Source: a virus
Taxonomy: Duplodnaviria; Caudoviricetes
Length of the DNA stretch: 26,215 bases
Strand: one strand, 5' to 3'
Virus record (IMG/VR): IMGVR_UViG_3300035491_000117
Span: 1 to 26,215 of that record
In this document: piece by piece, positions 8,862-17,472 of the stretch
Position numbering within the stretch: position 1 is the stretch's first letter
Layout of the letters: the number at the start of each line of letters is the position of its first letter
Made by a program: the position numbers and the translations under genes
The notes under the pieces: generated by a model
Databases searched by the model: none
What the model saw: the letters and a program-made list of their open reading frames with translations, nothing else
Told to the model about the DNA's origin: nothing

Positions 8862-10355
8862 TTAAAAGTCTGTTTCAGTGGAACGTGAAGTCAGGTCACC
8901 GAATCCAGGCGGTTCACGACTGTCATCGAGATCGATGTCGGCGAGTTTATTGTAGATACCCATCAGAGTGTTTGACATACCCTCGATGGTATCGTTGGTA
9001 TCTGTAATAACCGGTGACACCAGTGAATCACAGAAGATGGGGAATACAAACCGACCGGGATCTTCGTCACCAATAGTGAGATTGACAACCAGATCTGAGG
9101 AGATGGATGCTTTGACATGAATCTCGAAGAAACAACCATCCCACGGAAGCATCTCGACGAGGATCTCATCGATGAAACGCTGTTCGAGTTGATTCAGTTT
9201 GCGTTGATCGAGTCGACGACCCATCATCGGTATCGCATTACTGGTGACCATTACCGACTCACCAGAAGGGGTATCATTAGTCGCATCGAATTCGATGGAT
9301 GAGATCTGGTGGAATGCCATGTAAGCCGGAAGTGAGCGGGCCAACTGCGCGGCAGCGATACTAGTGTTATCCTGACCATTCCAATCACAGCTATCGAGCA
9401 GATACCCGCCTGCCGACTTCTGCTTAGGTTCGAGGAACACCATGACATCATCCCAATTAAAATCAGGATTGAGGTCAACCAGTTCTCCGTACGTGATGTA
9501 GCCCTGATCCGTGATATTGGTCTCGTCAGCAAGATCCTTAAAGACCTTATCTTGAGTAAAGCTTCGTTCACTAGTGGCACGACGTGCGTACATCAACAAC
9601 TGCGACTCCTCGGGCTCCATGATAGAACCATCTTCTTCCCGGTTAAACAGGGCTGAGAGGGTTTTATTCAGGTATCGGCTAGATGAGTCGTTCCAGCGGT
9701 CTGATGTCTTGATACGCTGGGATACGAACCCGTTGCGGGTATCGTGGTAGCTCGCATCACGAGATACCTGGCGCTGGAACGCCGTCTGCATGATACTATC
9801 GGGTCTGGATTGGAAAACATCGCACGGACGCTGGGTCAGAGTACCCATCTCCATCACACCTCGTTCCAACCGAGCAGGACGTTGCGGGATCAGGATATGA
9901 TGCTGTCCAGTGGTGTTGTTCAACCAACCAGACGCTCGACCAGGTGCTTCAACATACGTTGTCTCTACGCGAGTGACGTTATTGAAGTACATGTGCATCT
10001 TACGGTCAAGGACAATACCCCGAAGACTTTCATGGAAACCAGCATAGTCAGTGTAACCAGTGATTTGATAAACACTACGGTTATTGCGCCCGCTGCGTGC
10101 CAGTACTTCCATACTGAACATCAGTCGCTTTTCACCCCAACCGTTTTCAATTATCGAGCGTGATTGCACCTGACTCAATGGTCGAATGATACGACCAGCG
10201 ATCTTTGACAGCGCAGTGGGAGTGATCTCCCGGCCGTTTTCGGTAAGGTAACCGAGTTCCTCTACATCGTCGTGCGTGGCATTGGCACTGAACGGGCGTA
10301 GGAAGAGATCCCTGTAGCCGGAGCGTTCACGAAAAACAATATTGAGCAGTTCCAT
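8862..10355 (-). CDS. picA: Phage nucleus protein-import factor PicA/Imp1-like (phiKZ gp69 position)
   Basis: 497 aa. Coupled (TAATG overlap at 10355) to the sigma-like nvRNAP subunit gene. N-terminal ERSGYRDLFLRPF and ENGWGEKRLMF resemble this family as I recall it. Assignment is mainly by synteny and size. Confidence 0.72.
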   Translation of the reverse strand: MELLNIVFRERSGYRDLFLRPFSANATHDDVEELGYLTENGREITPTALSKIAGRIIRPLSQVQSRSIIENGWGEKRLMFSMEVLARSGRNNRSVYQITGYTDYAGFHESLRGIVLDRKMHMYFNNVTRVETTYVEAPGRASGWLNNTTGQHHILIPQRPARLERGVMEMGTLTQRPCDVFQSRPDSIMQTAFQRQVSRDASYHDTRNGFVSQRIKTSDRWNDSSSRYLNKTLSALFNREEDGSIMEPEESQLLMYARRATSERSFTQDKVFKDLADETNITDQGYITYGELVDLNPDFNWDDVMVFLEPKQKSAGGYLLDSCDWNGQDNTSIAAAQLARSLPAYMAFHQISSIEFDATNDTPSGESVMVTSNAIPMMGRRLDQRKLNQLEQRFIDEILVEMLPWDGCFFEIHVKASISSDLVVNLTIGDEDPGRFVFPIFCDSLVSPVITDTNDTIEGMSNTLMGIYNKLADIDLDDSREPPGFGDLTSRSTETDF

Positions 10356-11911
10356 TACACACTACCTCGCATTACCTTGTTTACATGGATGATCATGTCC
10401 GCCAACTGACGTTTGATGTCACCGGATACACACATGTATCCGAGCTGGCGATGCATTGGATTTTTATCGATGATATCGCGGGGGGCATGAGCCTTCCACA
10501 CCCGTCCACTCATTTGCTCGACTACCTGATCAATGGCAGCCACAGCAACATTGTTCCGTTTGGACGGATCGTTGCGCTTGGTGCCTTGACGGTAGTATGG
10601 ATAATCCGCGTTGAGGATATCCAGTTGTTGCTTGGTTATTTTGTTACGGGTCTCGTTTGGAATGATGATTTCATCACCTTCTTCGATATACTCCTCCACC
10701 GAGACCATCAACGCTAGTTCATGATAACCCCAGTGATCGAGAATAGCCTGAGTAGTACCCATCATCTTGAGGAGTACCATCTTCTGGATCAGGTCTCTTG
10801 CTTCTGGGCTGATGGTGCGACATACCCAGAACATCAGCGCTTTCTGGAAAGGCTCGATCCGACGAGTCTCATCTCGAGAACACAGTGCGATACACTGCTC
10901 AACACGACTGATCTTGAGATCAGGTGCCATTACCTGTACTGTGAGTCCATACTGAGCTGCATACGACTCAATCAACTGACGATCACTTTCTGTGATTTCA
11001 GTAGATTGATTGTAATTATCCCAGACAGATGAGTTATCCTCGTCACTGTTATCGGTGATGCGTTTGCGCTTTGCTTGCAATACACCTGTAACACTCTGAA
11101 ATCGTCCTTCCATGCGACGGTGTGTACCGGTCACGTAGTTGAACAAGATCCGAGCCATGGAGTCATCGTCACTCGACGTCGAAAGAGGACCCACTGAGAT
11201 CTTCCGCACCAGCGCCATTGCCATCAGGAATCGCGGGATTTCTTCACTGGAAAGACCTGCCACCACTGCAGCAGTATTGGCATCCTTTTCAATACTGGCT
11301 TCGATAAAGTCCAGCATGCGTTTGTAAGGAGGCCATTCATCCACGCCAGCTACTTCAATCAACTTGACTGCCTCAGATTCCTTGTAAGCGTTGCCGCTAT
11401 ACTCAGACAGACTCTGGGTATATGTACCCCAGATAGGAATCATAAACCGCAACCCAAGTGCCATTGCCACCATGTCCAGGTAATCCGACAGGATATACGT
11501 ACGGATACGGTAGTTACGACCACGTTCATTGAATTCTTCAAACACCTCACTTACATTACCGGGAATCTTCAATTTGGCTCGAGTGATAAACTCTCGCAGA
11601 CGTGGATACGTTACGATGGAGTAGACCTCGTTGACCAGTTTTTGCAGTCGACCACGGATGAGTAATCCTGACTGGAAGCCATCAGACCCAATCAGGTCGA
11701 GAATGGTACAGTAGATGTCCCAGAATCTATCCTGCTCATCCTTAGACAGAGTGGAGATGAATAAATTCACCTCATCGAACATCTTGTCGCGATCGATAAT
11801 GGCCGCCGAGTTATAGCTTCCGGCCGGAATGACCATCTTCTGTCCATCGTGCTCGACACGAATGGACACGATCCCCCCTTGCGGGGATGACTCATGTACA
11901 ATTAACTGCAT
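10355..11911 (-). CDS. Non-virion RNA polymerase promoter-specificity (sigma-like) subunit, phiKZ gp68-like
   Basis: 518 aa, predicted largely helical (LRFMIPIWGTY). AAGGA RBS. Lies between the ChmC-like and PicA-like genes, as in phiKZ. Confidence 0.75.
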   Translation of the reverse strand: MQLIVHESSPQGGIVSIRVEHDGQKMVIPAGSYNSAAIIDRDKMFDEVNLFISTLSKDEQDRFWDIYCTILDLIGSDGFQSGLLIRGRLQKLVNEVYSIVTYPRLREFITRAKLKIPGNVSEVFEEFNERGRNYRIRTYILSDYLDMVAMALGLRFMIPIWGTYTQSLSEYSGNAYKESEAVKLIEVAGVDEWPPYKRMLDFIEASIEKDANTAAVVAGLSSEEIPRFLMAMALVRKISVGPLSTSSDDDSMARILFNYVTGTHRRMEGRFQSVTGVLQAKRKRITDNSDEDNSSVWDNYNQSTEITESDRQLIESYAAQYGLTVQVMAPDLKISRVEQCIALCSRDETRRIEPFQKALMFWVCRTISPEARDLIQKMVLLKMMGTTQAILDHWGYHELALMVSVEEYIEEGDEIIIPNETRNKITKQQLDILNADYPYYRQGTKRNDPSKRNNVAVAAIDQVVEQMSGRVWKAHAPRDIIDKNPMHRQLGYMCVSGDIKRQLADMIIHVNKVMRGSV

Positions 11912-11944
11912 TGAGTTTTATCCTTTAGGGCTGTGTAACCACGT

Positions 11945-11954
11945 AGATAATGTA
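11945..11954 (-). promoter_or_regulatory. Candidate phage promoter element TACATTATCT
   Basis: Same 10-mer as 7092-7101, with AT-rich ATTTTAAG upstream, 34 nt before ATG 11911. Confidence 0.45.
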
Positions 11955-12002
11955 TTGCCTTAAAATGATTCAATGAATTGCGAGGTGTCTGAGGGTATAA
12001 TG

Positions 12003-12033
12003 TCGACACAGGGCTTTGAGGGCCCTGTGTCGA
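12003..12033 (-). terminator. Stem-loop downstream of the chmC-like gene
   Basis: TCGACACAGGGC-N7-GCCCTGTGTCGA, a 12-bp stem. No strong U-tract, so it may be a stabiliser or processing hairpin instead. Confidence 0.55.
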
Positions 12034-12086
12034 TTCATCCCGAGGATGCAATGGTCTGTGTGTTTGTCAGTTATCCTGATTCAGTG

Positions 12087-12845
12087 TTACAGAGGGATAT
12101 CGTTGTCGAAACTGAAATCGCCTGAGGATTTTTGACTGGATTGTTGTCCGCCACCACCCCAGCTACCACCACCGGAGTTGCCTCCGTTGTTGCGGTTACC
12201 ACCCCAGTTACCACCATTACCGCCGCCGTTACCGCCACGGTTGTTTTGCCAGTTACCGCCACCGCCATTGTTACGGTCCATCCAAGCAGGACGTACGTAA
12301 TTATTGGTGATCACCATGGTGACCAGGCGCTCCATCAGCTCGATCCAACCCAGACAGAACAGTCGCGAAGCATCCGCTACCGACATCACGCCGTCGGCGT
12401 TACGGAAATGATGATACGTCTGTTCCAGGAACGGGAACTCGATCATCGGACGTTTCTGACCTGCGGAGATGCAGATGGTAACGAGGCCTTCGTTGTTCTT
12501 CTCGAGTTTGGTGACAGCCATGATCGACGGGTTGGGATCACGTTTACCATCGGCGAAACGATGTCCTTTGTTATCCATGTAGATAACGATCGGTTTCTCG
12601 CTGGTGGCTACTTCACGAAGTGCTTCCAGGGTGGCGAAAAAAGCCCGACTGGACAGTTTGGCTTCGATTCGACCGTTGTTGCGGTCACCGGTCACTTTGG
12701 TATTCACCACGAAACGCGGGTTGTTCTCATAGGTAGAGACCTTAAGCGTAGGAATGCCTTCCATGTCAGGTGTCTTATTACCTTTCAGTGCCAGGCTGGG
12801 ATCATCCAGAATACTTTCCTGACGTTTGTTTTGATTTTCACTCAT
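12087..12845 (-). CDS. chmC: ChmC-like (phiKZ gp67/Imp6 position) nucleus-associated nucleic-acid-binding protein
   Basis: 252 aa. Folded N-terminal region followed by a Gly/Asn/Trp-rich disordered tail ending in acidic DFSFDNDIPL. GGAG RBS. Immediately upstream of the sigma-like subunit. Confidence 0.72.
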   Translation of the reverse strand: MSENQNKRQESILDDPSLALKGNKTPDMEGIPTLKVSTYENNPRFVVNTKVTGDRNNGRIEAKLSSRAFFATLEALREVATSEKPIVIYMDNKGHRFADGKRDPNPSIMAVTKLEKNNEGLVTICISAGQKRPMIEFPFLEQTYHHFRNADGVMSVADASRLFCLGWIELMERLVTMVITNNYVRPAWMDRNNGGGGNWQNNRGGNGGGNGGNWGGNRNNGGNSGGGSWGGGGQQSSQKSSGDFSFDNDIPL

Positions 12846-12878
12846 TTCAAGGTCTCCAACATTGACTCATTCATTAGT

Positions 12879-12907
12879 CTATATGGTAGGTGGTGTGGGT
12901 ATTTTTT
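12879..12907 (-). promoter_or_regulatory. Candidate promoter motif AAAAAATAC-N7-ACCTA-N3-TATAG
   Basis: The same three-part motif (N8 spacer) lies upstream of chimallin at 22364-22393. Confidence 0.4.
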
Positions 12908-12926
12908 AACTCGATTGCACGGTAAC

Positions 12927-13796
12927 TTACTGACGATATAGCTTTTTCAAAAGTTCTTCTAAAAATGGTTCGTGCGATTTCTTGACGCAGGATAGTACAT
13001 AATCCTTGGTCGTGGTGAAAGACCATTTGTATTGCTGGGCGATTTCAATCAATCGCCTTCTTGCCTTGATTGGATAAGGTGAGAACAGATTTCCGTTATC
13101 GCCAAAGAACTGAACCATACCTCTGTCAAACGGAATCATGGGTAGGTCGGCACCCCCAGTCAACTTGGTATGCCATAGTACAGGTTGTTTTGCATTACCT
13201 GTATGAGATTCCAGTAGGGTGAGGGTCTTGAACTTGTACTTCTGCAGTAGATCTATCGCATAACTGGTCAGCATCAGAACGCGACGATTGTCCTTTTCAA
13301 GATCGATATCTACATCGACTAGGTCAAGTCCTTGATGGTTTATCGAGAGCAGATCTTCCAACTCAACGAGTGTATTCTCTTCTCTTGTCGCCATTCTAAT
13401 TTGTTTTTCTGTTTTGGCTGCCTTGTGAAGGGCACCAGGATACCTCCTCATCAGTGAACGATAACGACAGATGTAAAAACGGGTCTTGACTCGATCCTTT
13501 GTGAAAGACCGGATGGACTCTGACATTACCATCATTTCGACGATGAGTGTTTGAGCTAGGTCTTCCGGATAGACGTCATTTATTTGTTCTACTGTCATAC
13601 TGCCGACTAGGTTACGTATCAGTGTTCTCACATTGACGTATACGACATCGACAGAATCAATGATGGGTTTGGGATTGGGTTTGTCTTCCAGGATACCAAA
13701 GGCCCCTTCCAGGGCCAGGCTGGTACCGATGGAGACCTTTATCTGTCCCATCTCCCGTTCCGATAGTGCAATTGCAGCCGCTGGATGGATGGCCAT
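12927..13796 (-). CDS. Conserved hypothetical protein (phiKZ gp66 position)
   Basis: 289 aa, AAGGAG RBS overlapping the end of the sbcD-like gene. Closely packed in the operon. Confidence 0.8.
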   Translation of the reverse strand: MAIHPAAAIALSEREMGQIKVSIGTSLALEGAFGILEDKPNPKPIIDSVDVVYVNVRTLIRNLVGSMTVEQINDVYPEDLAQTLIVEMMVMSESIRSFTKDRVKTRFYICRYRSLMRRYPGALHKAAKTEKQIRMATREENTLVELEDLLSINHQGLDLVDVDIDLEKDNRRVLMLTSYAIDLLQKYKFKTLTLLESHTGNAKQPVLWHTKLTGGADLPMIPFDRGMVQFFGDNGNLFSPYPIKARRRLIEIAQQYKWSFTTTKDYVLSCVKKSHEPFLEELLKKLYRQ

Positions 13797-13801
13797 TTGG
13801 T

Positions 13802-14968
13802 TTACTCCTTATACCGACCCAGTACATCGAGAAGATCCTTATCGGACTTACCGTTAAGAACATCGGGTCGTCTACTGAGGAAATCCTTTATAAGGTTATC
13901 GATATTCGATGCAGTGATGGTGACCGGTTTGACCTCAAGCTTTCCAATGGTAAGGGTATTGGTTTGCATTTCTTCTTGAGTCTTAAGGTCATCTAACTGG
14001 GTGGTGATATTGAATTGAGGGAAACGTTTGCGGATCTCCCCAATACCCGATGACAGTACTGAGTTACGCTCGAGCAAAAGACGATAGTTCGATTTACTGG
14101 GAGCGTCCTCATAATTGGCTAAGAACGAGATGACCTCACTGATACCCATTCCGCGACAGTCCAGGGTCTTATATATCCGCGCACCCTCATTCTCAACAAA
14201 CCAATGATGGTTGCCCTTGGATGAAACCACCCCGCGATAATGACCTTTACTGGATTCATCGCCATGGGATAAACGATCAAAAGACCCTTGAGCAAGGATG
14301 ACACTACCACCCATTCCTATTTTCTCACTGCGGTTATGGACATGTCCAATCACAATGTAGTGTTTGACCAATGAAAGGTAGGTCTCTGAATCGTGATTCT
14401 TCACCGACTGGATAGGTAGCTGATAATCGAACGCACCATGCATACAACCCATATCCACCTGATCCAATCCATGGATGGATAACAACTCACGTACCTGAGT
14501 CAGGGTGATTTCGGCGTCATCGTTCCATTCGTCTGGCACATACAGGACACTGACACCGCCCAGCTCCTCAATGACTTCGATACTCAATGTATCGACATAC
14601 TTGAGTTTTGCCGGATATCTGAGAGAGTTGTTGATGTTAACGAATTGTTTGGATTGCCGCCAATCATGACTAGGTGTACCTTCCAATACCCTTACAAGGA
14701 TATTGTGTTTAGCGCACGTCATCAGGAAAAAAGCGATCCAATCCTGAAGGGCATCCACCTCTTCCTGAGGGAGAGACATCAGTCTGTCAAAGACATCTCC
14801 AGCCAAGAAAACAATATCCAACTTAGCTGTTTCAGAATCGTCTGGAAACGCCCTTCGCAGGTTCTCAAGGATGTGGTATGTATCTGTCCTTGGGTGTGCT
14901 AAATGGATGTCAGAAATAGATGCGAACGTAAATTCACATTGGGTCGAAGTCGTCTTCGTCAAAGTCAT
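13802..14968 (-). CDS. sbcD: SbcD/Mre11-like metallophosphoesterase nuclease
   Basis: Motifs ISDIH, LAGDVFD, LEGTPSHD, CMHG, IGHVH, QGSFDR in order. 388 aa. Confidence 0.88.
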   Translation of the reverse strand: MTLTKTTSTQCEFTFASISDIHLAHPRTDTYHILENLRRAFPDDSETAKLDIVFLAGDVFDRLMSLPQEEVDALQDWIAFFLMTCAKHNILVRVLEGTPSHDWRQSKQFVNINNSLRYPAKLKYVDTLSIEVIEELGGVSVLYVPDEWNDDAEITLTQVRELLSIHGLDQVDMGCMHGAFDYQLPIQSVKNHDSETYLSLVKHYIVIGHVHNRSEKIGMGGSVILAQGSFDRLSHGDESSKGHYRGVVSSKGNHHWFVENEGARIYKTLDCRGMGISEVISFLANYEDAPSKSNYRLLLERNSVLSSGIGEIRKRFPQFNITTQLDDLKTQEEMQTNTLTIGKLEVKPVTITASNIDNLIKDFLSRRPDVLNGKSDKDLLDVLGRYKE

Positions 14969-15503
14969 ACACAGGTGCCTTGTTCTGACGTTCTTCAGTC
15001 GATGGTTTGTTATTCAGCAATCGCATCATCTCATCAGCCTTATCCCCAAACAAACGTTCTAAAGGAATATCGTATCGCTGATAGATACGAGCCCACATGA
15101 ACGAATAGATGGTCTGGATATCTTCGACAGGGACTCTGTGGATTGCCATCACACGACTAGTGAATTTATCGATTACCAAACCAGGGTGATTGGATGTCAG
15201 TTCAGCCTGAAACTGTGCTGTGATCTCCCCTACGTCGGTCTCCGGATCATGACTGGATTGGATGGACATAGGTGTCTGACTGAGAAGGGGTGGTACGGTA
15301 TACAGCACCTCGCCATTCGGTGCCGTTACATCAATCATCCGATAGGGGTTACCGGTGGCAGCGATGTAGATATCTACTGCTTTACGACTACCATCTTCAG
15401 AAGGAACCAGATGAGGGAGTAATCGCTTGACAAAATCGTTCTCACTCATGCGATGATTGTCAAGGACATCGCACCCTGCGAACTCAGAAGGATCGACCGC
15501 CAT
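14934..15503 (-). CDS. Conserved hypothetical protein
   Basis: Start placed at ATG 15503 (MAVDPS, AAGGAG RBS). The longer track ORF runs through a hairpin. Acidic C-terminus. Overlaps the sbcD start. Confidence 0.78.
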   Translation of the reverse strand: MAVDPSEFAGCDVLDNHRMSENDFVKRLLPHLVPSEDGSRKAVDIYIAATGNPYRMIDVTAPNGEVLYTVPPLLSQTPMSIQSSHDPETDVGEITAQFQAELTSNHPGLVIDKFTSRVMAIHRVPVEDIQTIYSFMWARIYQRYDIPLERLFGDKADEMMRLLNNKPSTEERQNKAPVYDFDEDDFDPM

Positions 15504-15519
15504 GATAATGTCTCCTTGT

Positions 15520-15555
15520 AATAAGAGAGGGTGTTGGAGCACCCTCTCTATGCCG
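15520..15555 (-). terminator. CGGCATAGAG box plus hairpin after the 15558 stop
   Basis: AGAGAGGGTG-N6-CACCCTCTCT (15524-15549). Only TATT follows, then the next RBS. Confidence 0.6.
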
Positions 15556-15557
15556 TG

Positions 15558-16127
15558 TTACTCTGCTTCAACTTCAGAGACCGCTTCACGGGTCTCCATG
15601 ATCTTGGCACTGACCGATTCACGGTACTGTTCCAGGGAGATGTTGTCGATGATGTAGTACGCACGGTTCATTTCGGCACCATAAGCAATCAGCAGTTCCC
15701 CGAACTCAGTTGCCACACCACGGACGTTTTCCGAGAGTGCATCACCACCGATCCATTCACCTGTTTCGGAGTCTTGTTCTTCCAGGACGGTGCCGTCATC
15801 TGTCAGAGTGGCGCGGATTGCACCCGGTACATAACCTTCAACCACGACCAACTCAGGAGCGCGTTCCTTGGACTTGCTCACTTTGAAGGCAATGGCGTTG
15901 GCGCCGGCAACGAATACACGTTGTGCGATACTGTCCAGCAGGATCTGATCGGCGAAGAGGCGTTGGATGTGATCGGCAGTAATGGTCACGATGTCTTTAC
16001 GCAGACCCAGGATGATGTCGTTACTGGCGACCAATTGGGTTTCCAGTTCGGCGATGCGTTGCTCCAGAGCGCTGAGGCGGTTGTCCTGGTTTTCTTCGTG
16101 CTGGGTGGTAGCTGCTTCTGAGGACAT
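15558..16127 (-). CDS. Hypothetical acidic protein with N-terminal coiled coil
   Basis: 189 aa, AGGAG RBS. Heptad-like RLSALEQRIAELETQL. Codon bias like chimallin (C/T-ending), suggesting high expression. Confidence 0.8.
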   Translation of the reverse strand: MSSEAATTQHEENQDNRLSALEQRIAELETQLVASNDIILGLRKDIVTITADHIQRLFADQILLDSIAQRVFVAGANAIAFKVSKSKERAPELVVVEGYVPGAIRATLTDDGTVLEEQDSETGEWIGGDALSENVRGVATEFGELLIAYGAEMNRAYYIIDNISLEQYRESVSAKIMETREAVSEVEAE

Positions 16128-16153
16128 GTAAAACTCCTACTTACATTTGTGGT

Positions 16154-16567
16154 TTAATTGACAATAGCAATAGGTTTGCCATCGTTTTGAAGATCGATGA
16201 TGCTTCGAATCTTCGAATTCTTACTGTTGACGGCGTGATGAATATCTAGACTACGCTCACCGTCTCGTAATATAGCGGTGATCTGTAAATCAATACTATC
16301 CCCGGACAATATAGCGTTAATAGTGAGGTTTACCTCATCGAAATGACGAGATAAGTAACCATCTAACACATTGCGAGTTTCTCGCTCCAGAACCAATGGA
16401 TCATCACCATAACGCCTGATGATGTCGGGCATACTGACTACAGAACCTCGGTAAACATCTGTCTGAGATGCTTGGGTGAGGTAGAAATTGGAAAGTACCT
16501 GATCCACCTTAATGGTAATATCGTCGGTAAATCCAGCAGAACCTAATACAGGAACGACTCTGGCCAT
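16154..16567 (-). CDS. Conserved hypothetical protein (about 137 aa)
   Basis: Start placed at ATG 16567 (MARVVPVLG, GAGGA RBS). The upstream extension in the track (FFFFF) is the terminator U-tract. Confidence 0.78.
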   Translation of the reverse strand: MARVVPVLGSAGFTDDITIKVDQVLSNFYLTQASQTDVYRGSVVSMPDIIRRYGDDPLVLERETRNVLDGYLSRHFDEVNLTINAILSGDSIDLQITAILRDGERSLDIHHAVNSKNSKIRSIIDLQNDGKPIAIVN

Positions 16568-16582
16568 GACCATTCCTCTAAC

Positions 16583-16642
16583 AAAGAAAAAGAAAAAGTG
16601 TCTAATGTACACCATGCATACCATCGCGGTATGCATGGTGTA
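16583..16642 (-). terminator. Intrinsic terminator-like hairpin
   Basis: TACACCATGCATACC-N5-GGTATGCATGGTGTA, a 15-bp stem (16608-16642). TTTTTCTTTTTCTTT follows about 10 nt later on the minus strand. Confidence 0.65.
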
Positions 16643-16652
16643 TTTGGACTAC

Positions 16653-17276
16653 TCAGAGAGAACCATTTTCTTCGTCAGAAGGATCGTCGAGTCCACGATC
16701 CAACCAGGCGTTGAAGTTATTCCAGATGGAATCGCGAATGGTTGTCTGCTGACCAAAAGTGAGTTGACTACGGTTATCCATGTCACGCAAATGGAGGAAT
16801 TCCTCAAAGAAGGAGTTGCCATCGTCGTCGAACTGAACCAGACCATCCATAACAACTTGATAATCCGGGTCGTATTCGCCAATGTCCTTCGTATATGGTT
16901 TCCACCCACTCTTAGCATAACCAGAGATCAGACCCCGTTCATGGAGTCGTCTGGCACGGGGATTAGCCATGATCCAACGACGCAGGTCGGGACCAGCTTG
17001 CTGGAATTGACCAATCGAAGACAGTGGTCGAATTTCATCACGATCAAACATGTGCCTCACACGTCGACCGATGGAATCCAACTTACGTTCTACCTTCTCA
17101 AAGTCAAAGCTACGGAATCGTTCCAGTGCACGACTGAAGATACCACCCTCACGGATACCGTGTCGACCAGCGAGGCTCTCCATGCGTGTCAGAATAGCCT
17201 CACGGTCCTCAGGGTCCGGTATGCCATGATGCATGGCGTCAAACTCCATGTCATCGGCATAGACAGCTATTGCCAT
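16653..17276 (-). CDS. Conserved hypothetical protein (possibly phiKZ gp59/Imp3-like by position)
   Basis: 207 aa, AAGGAG RBS overlapping the stop of RNAP exon 3. The Imp3 link is a synteny guess only. Confidence 0.75.
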   Translation of the reverse strand: MAIAVYADDMEFDAMHHGIPDPEDREAILTRMESLAGRHGIREGGIFSRALERFRSFDFEKVERKLDSIGRRVRHMFDRDEIRPLSSIGQFQQAGPDLRRWIMANPRARRLHERGLISGYAKSGWKPYTKDIGEYDPDYQVVMDGLVQFDDDGNSFFEEFLHLRDMDNRSQLTFGQQTTIRDSIWNNFNAWLDRGLDDPSDEENGSL

Positions 17277-17286
17277 GATAAGCTCC

Positions 17287-17472
17287 TTATACTGATACGT
17301 TGTCTCCCTCGATGATCCAATTGGTCATAGACGCAATCAGAGGCGGCGGGAGGGTTGTGTTGCGTGATACCTTGAACGGTTTGTTCAGATCCATGACCCC
17401 TGTGACAGGGTCCAACCGGGACATGATCTTGGCGCTCTTATGATCCAACATCACAGTGCCCCAGAGAGCATC
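17287..17472 (-). CDS. nvRNAP beta'-N subunit exon 3 (DALWGTVML...NVSV*, 61 aa; supplies the last Asp of NADFDGD)
   Basis: Follows the terminal G (17473) of intron 2. The first 8 nt GAUGCUCU pair fully with the intron 2 5' end AGAGUAUU (P10). Frame continues ADFDG|DALW. Confidence 0.9.
   Translation of the reverse strand, partial: DALWGTVMLDHKSAKIMSRLDPVTGVMDLNKPFKVSRNTTLPPPLIASMTNWIIEGDNVSV

Noticed and set aside
12132-12941. 269-aa antisense ORF over chmC (likewise 15531-16121, 7537-8181, 16512-17315)
   Set aside because: Shadow ORFs of biased or low-complexity sense genes. The TTT/VVV runs simply mirror Gly/Asn/Arg/Asp repeats.
17255-17264. CGGCATAGAC near-match to the post-stop box
   Set aside because: Inside a coding region, antisense to the gene, one mismatch and no adjacent hairpin. 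Probably chance.
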